NCBI GenBank assembly: GCA_951406725.2
Contig: OX597826.1
Location: 72,106,001 to 72,170,000, forward strand
Direction: 5' to 3'
Length of the DNA stretch: 64,000 nt
Source: Octopus vulgaris
Taxonomy: Eukaryota
In this document: one piece after another, positions 52,745 to 64,000 of the stretch
How the letters are laid out: each line of letters opens with the position of its first letter
How positions within the stretch are numbered: position 1 is the first letter of the stretch
Position numbers and translations under genes: made by a program
The notes under the pieces: generated by a model
What the model saw: only the letters and a program-made list of their open reading frames with translations
The model's database searches: none
Told to the model about the DNA's origin: nothing

Positions 52745-52985
52745 GGGGATGTGCTGTGGTTTGTTGTGATGCTATTATTTATTGAAAGTGTTTTACATAG
52801 GATGTATGCAGTACCTAGTAGTGCTATTTTCTATATGTTAGTCCTGGTGTTTTTGTTATGTATTTGTCTGAATATTTTATCATACCTTATGCACCTACTA
52901 TGACAGGAATTGTTTCTGTTTTTAGACTTCACATTCGAGTTAACTCTATTTCCAGGTCTTTGTATTTTGAAAGTTTCTCCATTTT
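52745..52985 (-). mobile_element. R4/Dong-like (RLE) retrotransposon 3' remnant
   Basis: EKLSKYKDLEIELTRM*SLKTETIPVIVGA*GMI...KIALLGTAYILCKTLS. Confidence 0.8.
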
Positions 52986-53009
52986 TTTAGAGAAACGTTG
53001 TCATCTGTT

Positions 53010-53433
53010 GGTTGACTATATCACCTGGTTGACTGTATGGGTGACTAGGCTATAGCCGACACTGCCAGATAATTTGAGCATCTCTGCAGCAATTCCTAAT
53101 GGGCCAGGGGCTTTCCCTGTCTTCATACCCTTAATTGCTTTATCTACCAAGGCACTGTCAATTCAGATAGCTGGTCCCTCTGTTGGGTCGGCATTCAGCA
53201 GGCTCTCTTTCTCCCACTTATTATCTTTATTTAGCAACCTTTCATAGTCGCATCTCCATACTTCTCTCTTTGCATCCTCATTCAGCGCAAGTGAACCATC
53301 ATCCATGAGGACACATTTCTCTCCTATGGCATCATGATTCTCTCTCACACACTGTCTCTCAGGACGAAATACCTCAAGTCTTTGGTCCTCACAGCACAGA
53401 ACATTGGCAAATTTTTTCTCATCTGCTTCCCCC
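53010..53433 (-). mobile_element. RTE LINE ORF2 fragment (linker to start of RT)
   Basis: AKREVWRCDYERLLN...VDKAIKGMKTGKAPGPLGIAAEMLK with an in-frame stop. Confidence 0.88.
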
Positions 53434-53976
53434 AATAATAATAATAATAATAATAATAACTTCTGATTTAAGTAAAAGGCCGGCATTTTTGAGAGGAGTG
53501 AACAAGTCAATACTATCAGTCACAGTACTTGACTAGTACTTTATGTTACTGACCCCAAAAGGATAAGAGGCAAAACTAACTCCAGCAGGATTTGAACTCT
53601 GAATACTGCAGAGTATTTTTTTCAGATATTCTAGCAATTCTGCCAATCTGCTGCCATAATGATAATGTTTGTTTCAAATTTTGGTACAAGGCCAGCAGTT
53701 TTAGCAGGAAGGGTTAGTCAATTTAATCAACCCCAGTCTTTGAGAGGCACTTTATTTTATCAACCCCCAAAAGGACAGTTGATTTCAGTTGGATGTGAAC
53801 TCAGGACATAAGAGAGCCAGTGGAAATACCATAAGGCATTTTGACCAATGCCCAAATGATTATTTCCATAAAAAAGATTAATTAGCAAATGATTTCCTCC
53901 CTCCTATCTTCTTCCCAATATAACAAACTGACCCCACACACACACATGCACATATATATGTGTATGTATGTATGTG

Positions 53977-54019
<43 letters not shown>

Positions 54020-54222
54020 TCATCATCATCATTTAACATCCGCTTTCCATGCTAGCATGGGTGTATATATATATATATATATATATCATCATCATCATCA
54101 TCATTTAACATCCGCTTGCCAGACCCCAGTTGAACCGTCCAACCCATGCTAGCATGGAAAGCGGACGTTAAACGATGATGATGATGATGATGATGATATA
54201 TATTTATATTTATATCTATATT

Positions 54223-54256
<34 letters not shown>

Positions 54257-54257
54257 A

Positions 54258-54300
<43 letters not shown>

Positions 54301-54909
54301 TCATCATCATCTGGTAGTAAATCTTATTATTTGGCGGGAAGTAGTTTATTGATAAACTGGACAGTGGTCTAACTGAACAGGGCACAAAACTAATTAAGTT
54401 TGACAGTAACCCAATTAAAGATGATACTGACCTAATTAAGCAGGGAAAATGGCCTCATTACACATGCGAGTAACTCTCAATTCAACTGAAACAGTACCCT
54501 AATGGAACCAAACAGTCGTCTTATGAACAAAATATTAATAACAACATTAAGTATGCAGATTAAAACAAAAAAAAATTAAACAAACAATTAACAAACTTTA
54601 ATTAATAAAAAAACACTAATTTTTGTTCGTCCTTTCTTTCTTTTCAATCTTGGTAGAAAATGGAGTAATTTCCTTCGTAAAATATATAATTATTACATTC
54701 CGAAACCTGTTGTTGATGTTGCTGTGGTTGTTGTCAATGTTGTTGTTTAAAATCCAGGTCAGCCCTGCCCACCCAAGCAGACTTTGAGGTGTGTCTTATA
54801 TTCAAAGGAGGTGTTTCTTATACTCAGGAGAGGTGTGTACCTTCTATTCAGCTGAGGTGTGCTTTTTTGCTATTCGCAGATGTTTCTTTGACTGTGTGAA
54901 GGTGTGTCT

Positions 54910-54915
54910 TTTATT
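54910..54915 (-). terminator. Candidate polyadenylation signal (AATAAA) of the DNAI4-like gene
   Basis: AATAAA on the minus strand about 150 nt after the stop; an alternative lies at 54345-54350. Confidence 0.3.
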
Positions 54916-55067
54916 CAACAGACAGAGTTTTTTTTCTTCATGGACGGTGTTTCTTTTTTTCATGGACGGAGTTTCTTTTCTTCATGGACGGAGTCTTTCA
55001 ATCTGTGGAGGTAGTCTTGTGCTGTGCAACAGAGTGTATTTTCACTCAGTGAATGCAGCCACTTCAG

Positions 55068-55181
55068 TTAAGACTGTGATGAATGTTCAGTATCCTTACA
55101 GCCAACAATATTCTCAGCTTCAGCAGGATTACAGAGTTGGGTGGCAAGGGAAACGGTCAGGATTTTGGTGAGAATGTCTCG
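55068..55181 (-). CDS. DNAI4: Probable terminal coding exon of the DNAI4-like gene (RDILTKILTVSLATQLCNPAEAENIVGCKDTEHSSQS*)
   Basis: Strong acceptor tttgttttctctgtttcag|; phase 0, 37 codons then TAA at 55070-55068; unique non-repeat sequence. Confidence 0.7.
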   Translation of the reverse strand, partial: RDILTKILTVSLATQLCNPAEAENIVGCKDTEHSSQS

Positions 55182-55315
55182 CTGAAACAGAGAAAACAAA
55201 AGTCGTTAGATTACATCATGAGATATAGACGACACCATAATGCCATGTGGGACATAAAATGTCATGAGATACATGTGATGTCATGTGGTACAGAGGGTGT
55301 TATGCAGTTATGTTA

Positions 55316-55700
55316 TTCTTTTATTCTTTTACTTGTTTCAGTCATTTGACTGTGGCCATGCTGGAGCACCGCCTTTAGTTGAGCAAACTGACCCCAGGAC
55401 TTATTCTTTGAAAGCCTAGTACTTATTCTATTGGTCTCTTTTGCTGAACCGCTAAGTTATGGGAGCGTAAATGCACCAGCATCAGTTGTCAAGTGATATT
55501 GGGGGGACAAACATAGACACACACACTCACACATATATGACAGGCTTCCTTCAGTTTCCTTCTACCAAATATACTCACAAGGCTTTGGTCAGCCCAAGGC
55601 TATAGTAGAAGACACTTGCCCAAGATGCCACACAATGGGACTGAACCTGGAACGATGTGGTTGGTAAGCAAGCTACTTACCACACAAAAACTCCTGCACC
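55316..55700 (-). mobile_element. CORE-like SINE (family A) in the last intron of the DNAI4-like gene
   Basis: Full family consensus. Confidence 0.9.
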
Positions 55701-55713
55701 TGGGTACAAATAA

Positions 55714-56092
55714 TCCTTTCCACTAAAGGCACAAGACCTGAAATTTTGGAGGAGGGGACTAGTCAATTACATCAGCCCCAGTGTTTCACCGGTACTTAAT
55801 TTATCAAACCCCGAAAGGATGAAAGGCAAAGTCGACCTCAGAGGAATTTGAACTCAGAATGTAACAACAGTGCACTAACGGTTCTGCCAGCTCGCCACCT
55901 TGTTATTGGGTACAAATAATCCTTTCTACTGAAGACACAAGGCCTTGAATTTGTCAGGAGGGGACTAGTCAATTACATCGACCCCAGTGCATAACTGGTA
56001 CTTATTTAATCAACCCTGAAAGGATGAAAGGAGAAGTTGACCTCGGCAGAATTTGAACTCAGAACGTAATGGCAGAGGAAATACCGCTAAGC
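55714..56092 (-). mobile_element. Tandem family B SINE copies
   Basis: About 200-bp duplication, both units starting TGGGTACAAATAATCCTTTC. Confidence 0.8.
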
Positions 56093-56153
56093 ATATGTGT
56101 ATATGTATATAATATATATATATATATATATAAGAGAGAGAGAGAGAGAGAGA

Positions 56154-56194
<41 letters not shown>

Positions 56195-56362
56195 CACAGG
56201 CGTGGTTGTGCGGTAAGAAGCTTGATTTCCTACCACATGATCCTGAATTCAGGTTCACTGTGTGGCACCTTGTCAAGTGTCTTCAACTATAGCCTCAAGC
56301 CAACCAAAGCCTTGTGAGTGGATCTGGTAGACTTAGTGGTTTACCAAAGAGACCAAAAGAAC

Positions 56363-57226
56363 ATCATCATCATCATCATCATCATCGTTTAGCGTCCGTT
56401 TTCCATGCTAGCATGGGTTGGACGGTTCTACTGGGGTCTGTGAAGCCAGAAGGCTTCATCAGGCCCAGTCAAATCTGGCAGTGTTTCTACGGCTGGATGC
56501 CCTTCCTAACGCCAACCACTCCGTGAGTGTAGTGGGTGCTTTTTATGTGCCACCCGCACTGGTGCCAGACAGAGCTGGCAAACGGCCACGAACGGATGGT
56601 GCATTTTATGTGCCACCGGCACGAGGGCCAGGCGAGGCTGGCAACGGACACGAAACGGGGCGGTGCTGGCAACGGTCGCGAAACGGAAAGTTCTCTTACA
56701 TGCCACCGGCACTGGTAACACATCTGCAATTTCCATTGATCGATTTCCATTGATCGATTTCGATTCTGATCGTCACTTGCCTCAACGGGTCTTCACAAGC
56801 AGAGTTTTGACATGCCACCGGCACTGGTAGCACATCCGCAATTTCCATTGATCAATTTCGATTCTGATCCTCACTTGCCTCATCACGTCTTCACAAGTAG
56901 AGTTTTGTGTCCCAAGAAGGGAAGGTATGCATACGTAGGCTGGCTCCATCCCATGTAGAAGGCCACGGGTTATGGACTCACTTGTCCTGCCGGGTCTTCT
57001 CGCGCACAGCACACTTCCAGAGGTCTCGGTCTCTAGTCATTTCCTCAGTGAGACCTAAAGTTCGAAGGTCGTGCTTCACCACCTCGTCCCAGGTTTTCCT
57101 GGGTCTGCCTCTTCCACAGGTTCCCTCAACCGCTAGGGTGTGGCACTTTTTCACACAACTATCTTCATCCATTCTCGCCACATGACCATACCAGCGCAAA
57201 CGTCTCTCTTGCACACCACAACTGAT
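56363..57226 (-). mobile_element. Young 5'-truncated RTE LINE (ORF C-terminus 57226-56978 plus 3' UTR)
   Basis: Intact QERRLRWYGHVARM...GRGRPRKTWDEVVKHDL...DRDLWK...*; CpGs retained; (GAT)n tail. Confidence 0.93.
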
Positions 57227-57353
57227 GTGGTGTGCAAGTACAAGTAAAACAAAAGGTACTAGGGTCGATTGATTCGGCTAAAATCCTTCAAGGCAGTGCT
57301 CCAGGATGGCCACAGATTAACGACTGAAACATGTAAAAGATAAAAGATAAGAT

Positions 57354-57516
57354 AGGTGCAGGAGTGGCAGTGTGGTAAGTAGCTTGTTTACCAACCACAT
57401 GGTTCTGGGTTTAGTCCCACTGCGTGGCACCCTGGGCAAGTGTCTTCTACTATAGCCTCAGGCCGACCAAAGCCTTGTGAGTGAATTTGGTAGACGGAAA
57501 CTGAAAGAAGACCGTC

Positions 57517-57585
<69 letters not shown>

Positions 57586-57812
57586 TGTGTGTGTTTGTGT
57601 GTCTGTGTTTGTCCCCCTAGCATTGCTTGACAACCGATGCTGGTGTGTTTATGTCCCCGTTACTTAGCAGTTCAGCAAAAAGAGACCGATAGAATAAGTA
57701 CTGGGCTTACAAAAGAATAAGTCCCGGGGGTTGAGTTGCTCAATTAAAGGCGGTGCTCCAGCATGGCCGCAGTCAAATGACTGAAACAAGTAAAAGAGTA
57801 AAAGAGTAAAGA
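57354..57812 (+). mobile_element. CORE-like SINE (family A), full length
   Basis: A-box GTGGCAGTGTGG, core CCCTGGGCAAGTGTCTT, (AAAAGAGT)n tail. Confidence 0.9.
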
Positions 57813-58016
57813 GTATATCTATGTACACTGGGCTTCTTTCAGTTTCCATCTACCAAATCCACTCAGAAGGTTTTGGTTGCTCTGGGGCTATAGTAGAAAA
57901 ACACTTGCCCCAGGTGACACGCAGTGGGATTGATCCCAGGATCCCATGCTTGGGAAACAAGCTTCTTAGTCACACAACCACACCCATGCTTGTACATGTA
58001 TATAAGTATGAATGAG

Positions 58017-58067
<51 letters not shown>

Positions 58068-58121
58068 CTGTGTGTGTGTGTGTGCATGTGTCTGTGTGTG
58101 TGTGTGCATCTGTCTGTGTGT

Positions 58122-58191
<70 letters not shown>

Positions 58192-58225
58192 CTCTGTGTG
58201 TGTGTGTGTCGTGTATGCTCCTTAC

Positions 58226-58309
58226 CTGTTCAGCAATCGGGGGAGGTGAAGGCATGTTCTCCAACTGCAGCACTGTCACATTCCCTCCGCTGTCACCGAC
58301 CAACAGACA
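58226..58309 (-). CDS. DNAI4: DNAI4/WDR78-like exon (CLLVGDSGGNVTVLQLENMPSPPPIAEQ)
   Basis: Acceptor ctatttccag| and donor |gtaagg; 84 nt, phase 0-0. CLLVGDSxGxVxVxxLxNMP fits WDR78 better than DNAI1. Confidence 0.87.
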
Positions 58310-58389
58310 CTGGAAATAGAAATGCAGGGACCGGCATTGTAACGCATCATTGCACACACTTATAATTACTACCACATCTACAAACGCTA

Positions 58390-59155
58390 TCACCACCAAC
58401 ATCATTCCCACCACTACCCACCATCATCCTCCCCACCACCACCACCACTACCATCACCGCCAACATCACCACCACCACCACCATCATCCTTACCACCACC
58501 GTGCCCAACACCACCATCATCCCCACCACCACCATCATCCCCACACCAACATCATCCCCAACACCACCATCATCCCCATCATCAACACCATCATCCCCAC
58601 CACCACCATCATCATTGACACCAACATAATACCCACCACCACCATCATCCCCACCACCACCATCATCCCCATCATCAACACCATCATCCCCACCACCACC
58701 ATCATCATTGCCACCAACATCATACCCACCACCACCATCATCCCCACCACTACAATCATCATCCCCACCACTACAATCATCATCCCCACCACCACCATCA
58801 TCCCCACCACTACAATCATCATCCCCACCACCACCATCATCCCCACCACTACAATCATCATCCCCACCACCACCATCATCCCCACCATCAACACCATCAT
58901 ACCCACCACCACCATCACCCACCATCAACACCATCATCCCCACCACCACCATCATCCCCACCATCAACACCATCATCCCCACCACCACCATCATCCCCAT
59001 CATCAACACCATCATCCCCACCACCACCATCATCCCCACCATCAACACCATCATCCCCACCACCACCATCATCCCCACCATCAACACCATCATCCCCACC
59101 ACTACAATCATCATAATCACTACCACCACCAACACCACCACTACCACTACTACCA
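58390..59155 (+). repeat. Intronic C/A-rich minisatellite (CCACCATCATCCCCA-based units)
   Basis: Fills most of the 870-bp intron between two exons. Confidence 0.9.
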
Positions 59156-59179
59156 AAGCAGCAAAAAATCATGGCATAC

Positions 59180-59264
59180 CTCTGAATTTTTGGCAAAAGA
59201 CACACAGGTAGGTGCTATAGGTGTACTGCCTGAGAGAGGATTGTAATGAATGATGGGATCCAAT
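59180..59264 (-). CDS. DNAI4: DNAI4/WDR78-like exon (ILDPIIHYNPLSGSTPIAPTCVSFAKNSE)
   Basis: Acceptor tttattttcag| and donor |gtatgc; 85 nt, completes the phase-2 codon of the previous exon. LDP(L/I)I...FAK pattern as in WDR78. Confidence 0.85.
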
Positions 59265-59453
59265 CTGAAAATAAATAAGAACTTCATAAATACAGGTGTA
59301 GGCATGGCTGTGTGGCAACAAGCTCTCTTCCCAACCACACGGTTCCAGGTTCAGTCCCACTGCATGGCACCATGGGCAAATGTCTTCTACTATAGCCTCA
59401 AGCTGACCAAAGCCTTGTGAGTGGATTTAGCAGAAAGAAGCCCATTGTATGTA

Positions 59454-60401
59454 CTAGAAAATCTACCCATCTACGATGGAGGCTTGAAATGAGGGATGTA
59501 AATCATTACAGCAGTATGTATTGAGAAATGTGTAAATGGACTTGATAGATTACTGGGTGATGCCCTAGAGAAATCCCATTATTGTAGGTGACACAGCATT
59601 CTGTTGCAGCTGTATGACATGTGTTTGCGACTAAGTGACAAGTGATGACGATTCACTCCCAAACTGATATAGGCTCTTAGCCTTTGTATCATGAATGGTT
59701 ATGTGGACCACTCCTAACAAAAGCCAGAGCTTCCTTCAACCACTACATAAAACGTATTAAGAAAAAAGTGTTATTTAGATATACTTTTATTTTAGTTGTT
59801 TACACTATTTTATGCTTGTTTATACTCTTATACATTCAGAGTTCACAAATTTCCTTATTTAAATTATGAATCCTATTCCTTTCAATAATATCAATATGAT
59901 TACAAAACTTCTTTGTAGATGATATTTTCTGTTTGGTCAACACTAATTTTCAAATTACTGGAGTTCGTTGCTCTACTCATAGCGACATATAACTGGCCGT
60001 GTGTAAAGATCGGAGTGGGTAAAAATACACCTACACGATCTTAAGTTTGGCCCTGTGCCTTGTTTGCTGTGAATGCACAAGCAGAATCATTAGGAATCTG
60101 CCCATCTATGATGGGAAATAAAGGGATAATATCGCAAATCTAAACCCTCTAAATTCATGAACTATACAGAGGGGAAATCTAGAGTTAATCTTTGTTGCTG
60201 GAATTTTAACAAAAAAAAAAATCAAAGGTGATTTATTAATACAAAACTCAATATCCATTAAATAATCATACTTTTTCACATTCTTTCACTAAAAACCTTT
60301 CTGATTACCTCCTTTGTAATCCCGAAAAACATCATGACCATTGGTTCAGCCATTTGAGCGTGAAAAGGGAACAGACAGACATAATGCCCATTATAGTAAG
60401 A
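59454..60401 (-). mobile_element. Composite Helitron with a Pif1-family helicase C-terminal remnant
   Basis: A|TC...CTAG|T ends; interrupts a family A SINE that starts at 59295; internal second 3' terminus near 60091. Confidence 0.88.
59900..60088 (-). pseudogene. Helitron RepHel helicase fragment
   Basis: [36 protein letters not shown]...TENIIYKEVL* matches Pif1 motifs V and VI, with a premature stop. Confidence 0.9.
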
Positions 60402-60489
60402 TGTATGCGTTTGTGTGTGTGTCTAATGACTGAAAGGATAAAAAATAAAAGATAATAGTAGACATAAATAAATTCCGGCAGCACCTAAC

Positions 60490-61090
60490 AAATTTTTGCA
60501 CAAAGCCAGCAATTTCAGATGTCAGAGATAGTTGATTACATCAACTCCAGTGCTCAACTGGTACTTATTTTATTGACCGCAAAAGGATGAAAGACAAAGT
60601 TGACCTTGGCAGAATTTGAACTCAGAACATAAAAATGGACGAAATGCTGCTAAGAATTTTAATCACCATGCTAATGGTTCTACCTGCTCTCTGACTTATT
60701 GCAAAATAATATTCTTTTCTACACCAGGCACAAAGCCCCAAATCTTTGAGGAGTGGGGAAGTCAGTCGATTAGATTGACCCCAGAATTTAATTTATCTAC
60801 TCTGAAAGGAACAAAGGCAAAGTTGACCTCGGCGGAATTTGAACTCAGGACAAAATACCAATTTCTTTACTACCCACAAGGGGCTAAACACAGAGAGGAC
60901 AAACAAGGATAGACAAATGGATTAAGTCAATTATATCAACCCCAGTGCATAACTGGTACTTATTTAATTGACCCCAAAAGGATGAAAGGCAAAGTCGACC
61001 TCGGCAGAATTTGAACTCAGAATGTAGCGGCAGACAAAATACCACTAAGCATTTCACCCAGCATGTTAACGTTTCTGCCATCTCGCCACC
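60490..61090 (-). mobile_element. Family B SINE monomer plus dimer
   Basis: Three Nin cores; dimer junction near 60853. Confidence 0.8.
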
Positions 61091-61120
61091 TTATTGCAAA
61101 AGAATATTAAAACAACTTAC

Positions 61121-61218
61121 ATATCCTGACTCAAGTCCCAAACTTCGACTTCATCATGGTTAACACAGGCAAAAACTGTTGATGATGTTGGGGACCATGC
61201 CACCGAATACACTGTTTT
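61121..61218 (-). CDS. DNAI4: DNAI4/WDR78-like axonemal dynein intermediate chain, internal exon (KTVYSVAWSPTSSTVFACVNHDEVEVWDLSQD+AT)
   Basis: Acceptor ttacag| and donor |gtaagt; 98 nt, phase 0 to 2. WD40 blade signature V..VAWSP....F......VEVWDL resembles the WDR78 C-terminal repeat as I recall it. Confidence 0.85.
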
Positions 61219-61634
61219 CTGTAATATATAATATAGTAACATTAATATGAGAGTGTGTACAAGTATGAGTGTGTATATTTATATTGCAAGTTACTTGGTT
61301 ACCCTACTAGTGCTGGTGCCACATAAAAAGCATCCAGTCCACACTGTAAAGTGGTTGGCATTTGGATAGGCATCCAGCTGTAAAAATCATGCCAAAACTG
61401 ACCTCGCCTGTGCTAATACCACATAAAAAGTACTGAGTCCACTCTGCGGAGTGGTTGGTGTTAGGAAGGGCATCCAACCATAAAAACCATGACAAAACAG
61501 ACACTGTAGCCTAGGGTAGTCTTCTACCTGACCAGCTCCTGTCAACTGTACTACCCATGAATGCATGGAAGACAGATATTAAATGATGATGATGATGATG
61601 ATGATAATGATGATACTTATATACTTTACTCAAG

Positions 61635-61955
61635 TGAAGGTACATGGCTTAATGGTTAGGGTATTCAGCTCACTATCACAAGGTCATGAGTTCAATTCCT
61701 GGTGCTGCTTTGTGTCCTTGAGCAAGACACTTTATTTCATGTTGCTCCAGTCCACTCAGCTGGCAAAAATGAGTTGTACCTGTAATCCAAAGGGCCAGCC
61801 TTGTCACATTCTGTGTCATGTTGAATCTCCTGGAGAACTACATTAAGAGTATGTGTCTGTGGAGTACTCAGCCACTTGCACGTTTAATTTCACAAGCAAG
61901 CTGTTCCATTGATCAGATCAATTGAAACCCTCGTCGTCATAACCAACGGAGTGAC
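61635..61955 (+). mobile_element. tRNA SINE with tail type 1
   Basis: Head like the 12090-12332 element, tail like the 1601-1971 element. Confidence 0.72.
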
Positions 61956-62132
61956 AATTATTTATATACACAGGGCGTTTGGACTAAATTTGACAGTTTG
62001 CATAAAAGGTCCAGGTGGTGGAAAGTGTTGCACAGCACATGAATTGGGACAAGTGATCATGATATGACAGTCATTGGATGACTTGAGAGATGTAGAGCCA
62101 ATGATGAATAACTTGGTGGTTGTTGACTTTAA

Positions 62133-62353
62133 CCCTTTAGCATTTAAACCGGCCATATCTGGCCAAAAGTATTCTGCCTGTTTTATGCTCAAACTGGCCA
62201 GATCTGATCTCTCAGACCAACCCTACAATATCGTTTTAAAAATGAACAGCTACCTCATCAAAATTTCATAGCTCCAAGATAAGACATGATTAGTTCAAAG
62301 CAATGTGGATGAAAAAGTATTAATTTTGGCAGAATGATGCGAACACTAAAGGG
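62133..62353. mobile_element. piggyBac-like MITE
   Basis: TTAA|CCCTTTAG...CTAAAGGG|TTAA. Confidence 0.88.
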
Positions 62354-62388
62354 TTAATCTTGGCCACCAGTTCAGCCTTGATGTTTCA

Positions 62389-62806
62389 TATTTCTTTATT
62401 GCCCACAAGGGGCTAAACATAGAGGGGACAAACAAGGACAGACAAAGGGATTAAGTCGATTAGATTGACCCCAGTGCGTAACTGGTACTTAATTTATCGA
62501 ACCCCGAAAGGATGAAAGGCAAAGTCGACCTCGGCGGAATTTGAACTCAGAACGTAGCGGCAGACGAAATACCTATTTCTTTACTACCTACAAGGGGCTA
62601 AACATAGAGGGGACAAACAAGGACAGACAAAGGGATTAAGTCGATTAGATTGACCCCAGTGCGTAACTGGTACTTAATTTATCGACCCCCGAAAGGATGA
62701 AAGGCAAAGTCGACCTCGGCGGAATTTGAACTCAGAACGTAGCGGCAGGCGAAATACGGCTACGCATTTCGCCTGGCGTGCTAACGATTCTGCCAGTTCG
62801 CCGCCT
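62389..62806 (-). mobile_element. Young dimeric Nin/Deu SINE (family B)
   Basis: Two near-identical units of about 184 bp with CpGs retained. Confidence 0.9.
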
Positions 62807-63312
62807 TATTCAGCCCTGATGTTTCAGGTAGAGCATTTGGTGTCTTTCTTAACTGCATCCCACAAGGATGAAAGGAAAAGCTGGTATCAGTGGGATATGA
62901 ACTTAGATCGTAAAAAGCCGGATGAAATGCCAATAAGCATTTTATCTGACATGCTGCCAATTCTGCAAGTTAGCCACCGAAAGGAAAAGGAAAATAGTAA
63001 AAGAAAGATAAGACAGAAAAGAAGTTAAGAAAAAAAAGTGAAGAGAAAAACATGTTTACCAAACGAATGACTGTTTTCTCGCTAGAAGTCTGTAGGTGTA
63101 CCCTGCCTGGCCGTTCAGGTTTTGATTCCACAGCCTGAAATATGGAGAATTTGGTAATGGTCAGAAATATACTTAAGAATAAGTGAAGAAAGTCTTTATA
63201 ATGTGAGAGAGAAATTGAATAAATGCTTCTAGAGATACAGACATTGTTGTCTATCAGAAATGTGTGTGTGTGTGTGTAAATGTATGTATGTATGACAATT
63301 ACATGCAATCTT

Positions 63313-63620
63313 AGGTGGCATGTAAAATGCACCACCCGACCGTGTCTGTTGCCAGCGCCGCCCCGACTGGCCTCCGTGCCGGTGGCACATAAAAAGCACC
63401 ATCCGTCCATAACCGTTTGCCAGCCCAGTCTGGCACCTGTGCAGGTGGCATGTAAAAAGCACCCATTACACTCACGGAGTGGTTGGCGTTAGGAAGGGCA
63501 TCCAGCCGTAGAAACACTGCCAGATCAGACTGGGCCTGGTGCAGCCTTCTGGCTTCCCAGACCCCAGTTGAACCGTCCAACCCATGCTAGCATGGAAAAC
63601 GGACGCTAAATGATGATGAT
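63313..63620 (+). mobile_element. RTE 3' UTR fragment
   Basis: Family subrepeats and tail. Confidence 0.87.
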
Positions 63621-63829
63621 GAGGAGGAGGAGGAGGGAGTATTAAGAACAACACATGGTCAAAGTGTGTTTTATTATGCATCAACTTATTGAGACTAGAT
63701 AGATGCTTCTCTACTTCAACAAGAAGCAATGGTGAGCAAGCATGAGGAACAACTCTGAATGCTACATCATCAGCTTTCATTATTGCTGGCTCAGTATTAA
63801 TTAGTATTAATTAGTATCTAGCATACTAT

Positions 63830-64000
63830 ACTCTTTTCTCTTTTACTCTCTCACTTGTTTCAGTCATTTGACTGTGGCCATGCTGGAGCATCGCCTTTAG
63901 TCGAGCAAATCGACCCCAGGACTTATTCTTTGTAAGCCTAGTACTTGTTCTATCGGTCTCTTTTGCTGAACCGCTAAGTAACGGAGACATAAACACACCA
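63830..64000 (-). mobile_element. Family A SINE 3' part, running off the window
   Basis: Family consensus tail. Confidence 0.88.

Noticed and set aside
58347-59246. His/Pro/Thr- or Gly/Asp-rich ORFs
   Set aside because: They come from an intronic minisatellite between two well-defined exons.

Overview
This is eukaryotic, AT-rich, microsatellite- and transposon-saturated DNA. Its repeat families (CORE-like and Nin/Deu-like tRNA SINEs, RTE tails ending in (GAT)n) are typical of Octopus; the taxon is inferred, not database-checked. The only protein-coding gene I can support is the 3' end of a minus-strand WD40 axonemal dynein intermediate chain (DNAI4/WDR78-like): four phase-consistent GT-AG exons at 61218-61121, 59264-59180, 58309-58226 and 55181-55068. 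The rest is intron or intergenic sequence. It holds three SINE families; RTE, CR1 and RLE-type LINE remnants; hAT, mariner, Tigger and piggyBac MITEs; Helitrons; a Helentron-like HINE; and satellites. Nearly all ORFs in the supplied track are simple-repeat or TE artefacts. The least obvious signal is six degenerate minimal type-I hammerhead-ribozyme motifs at five loci, plus one more decayed candidate. They lie in unrelated non-coding elements, several flanked by (TA)n: a direct-repeat-bounded unit, a double-hammerhead palindrome, and a tRNA-headed SINE with a hammerhead tail. All alignments and folds were done by eye, and repeat boundaries are approximate.
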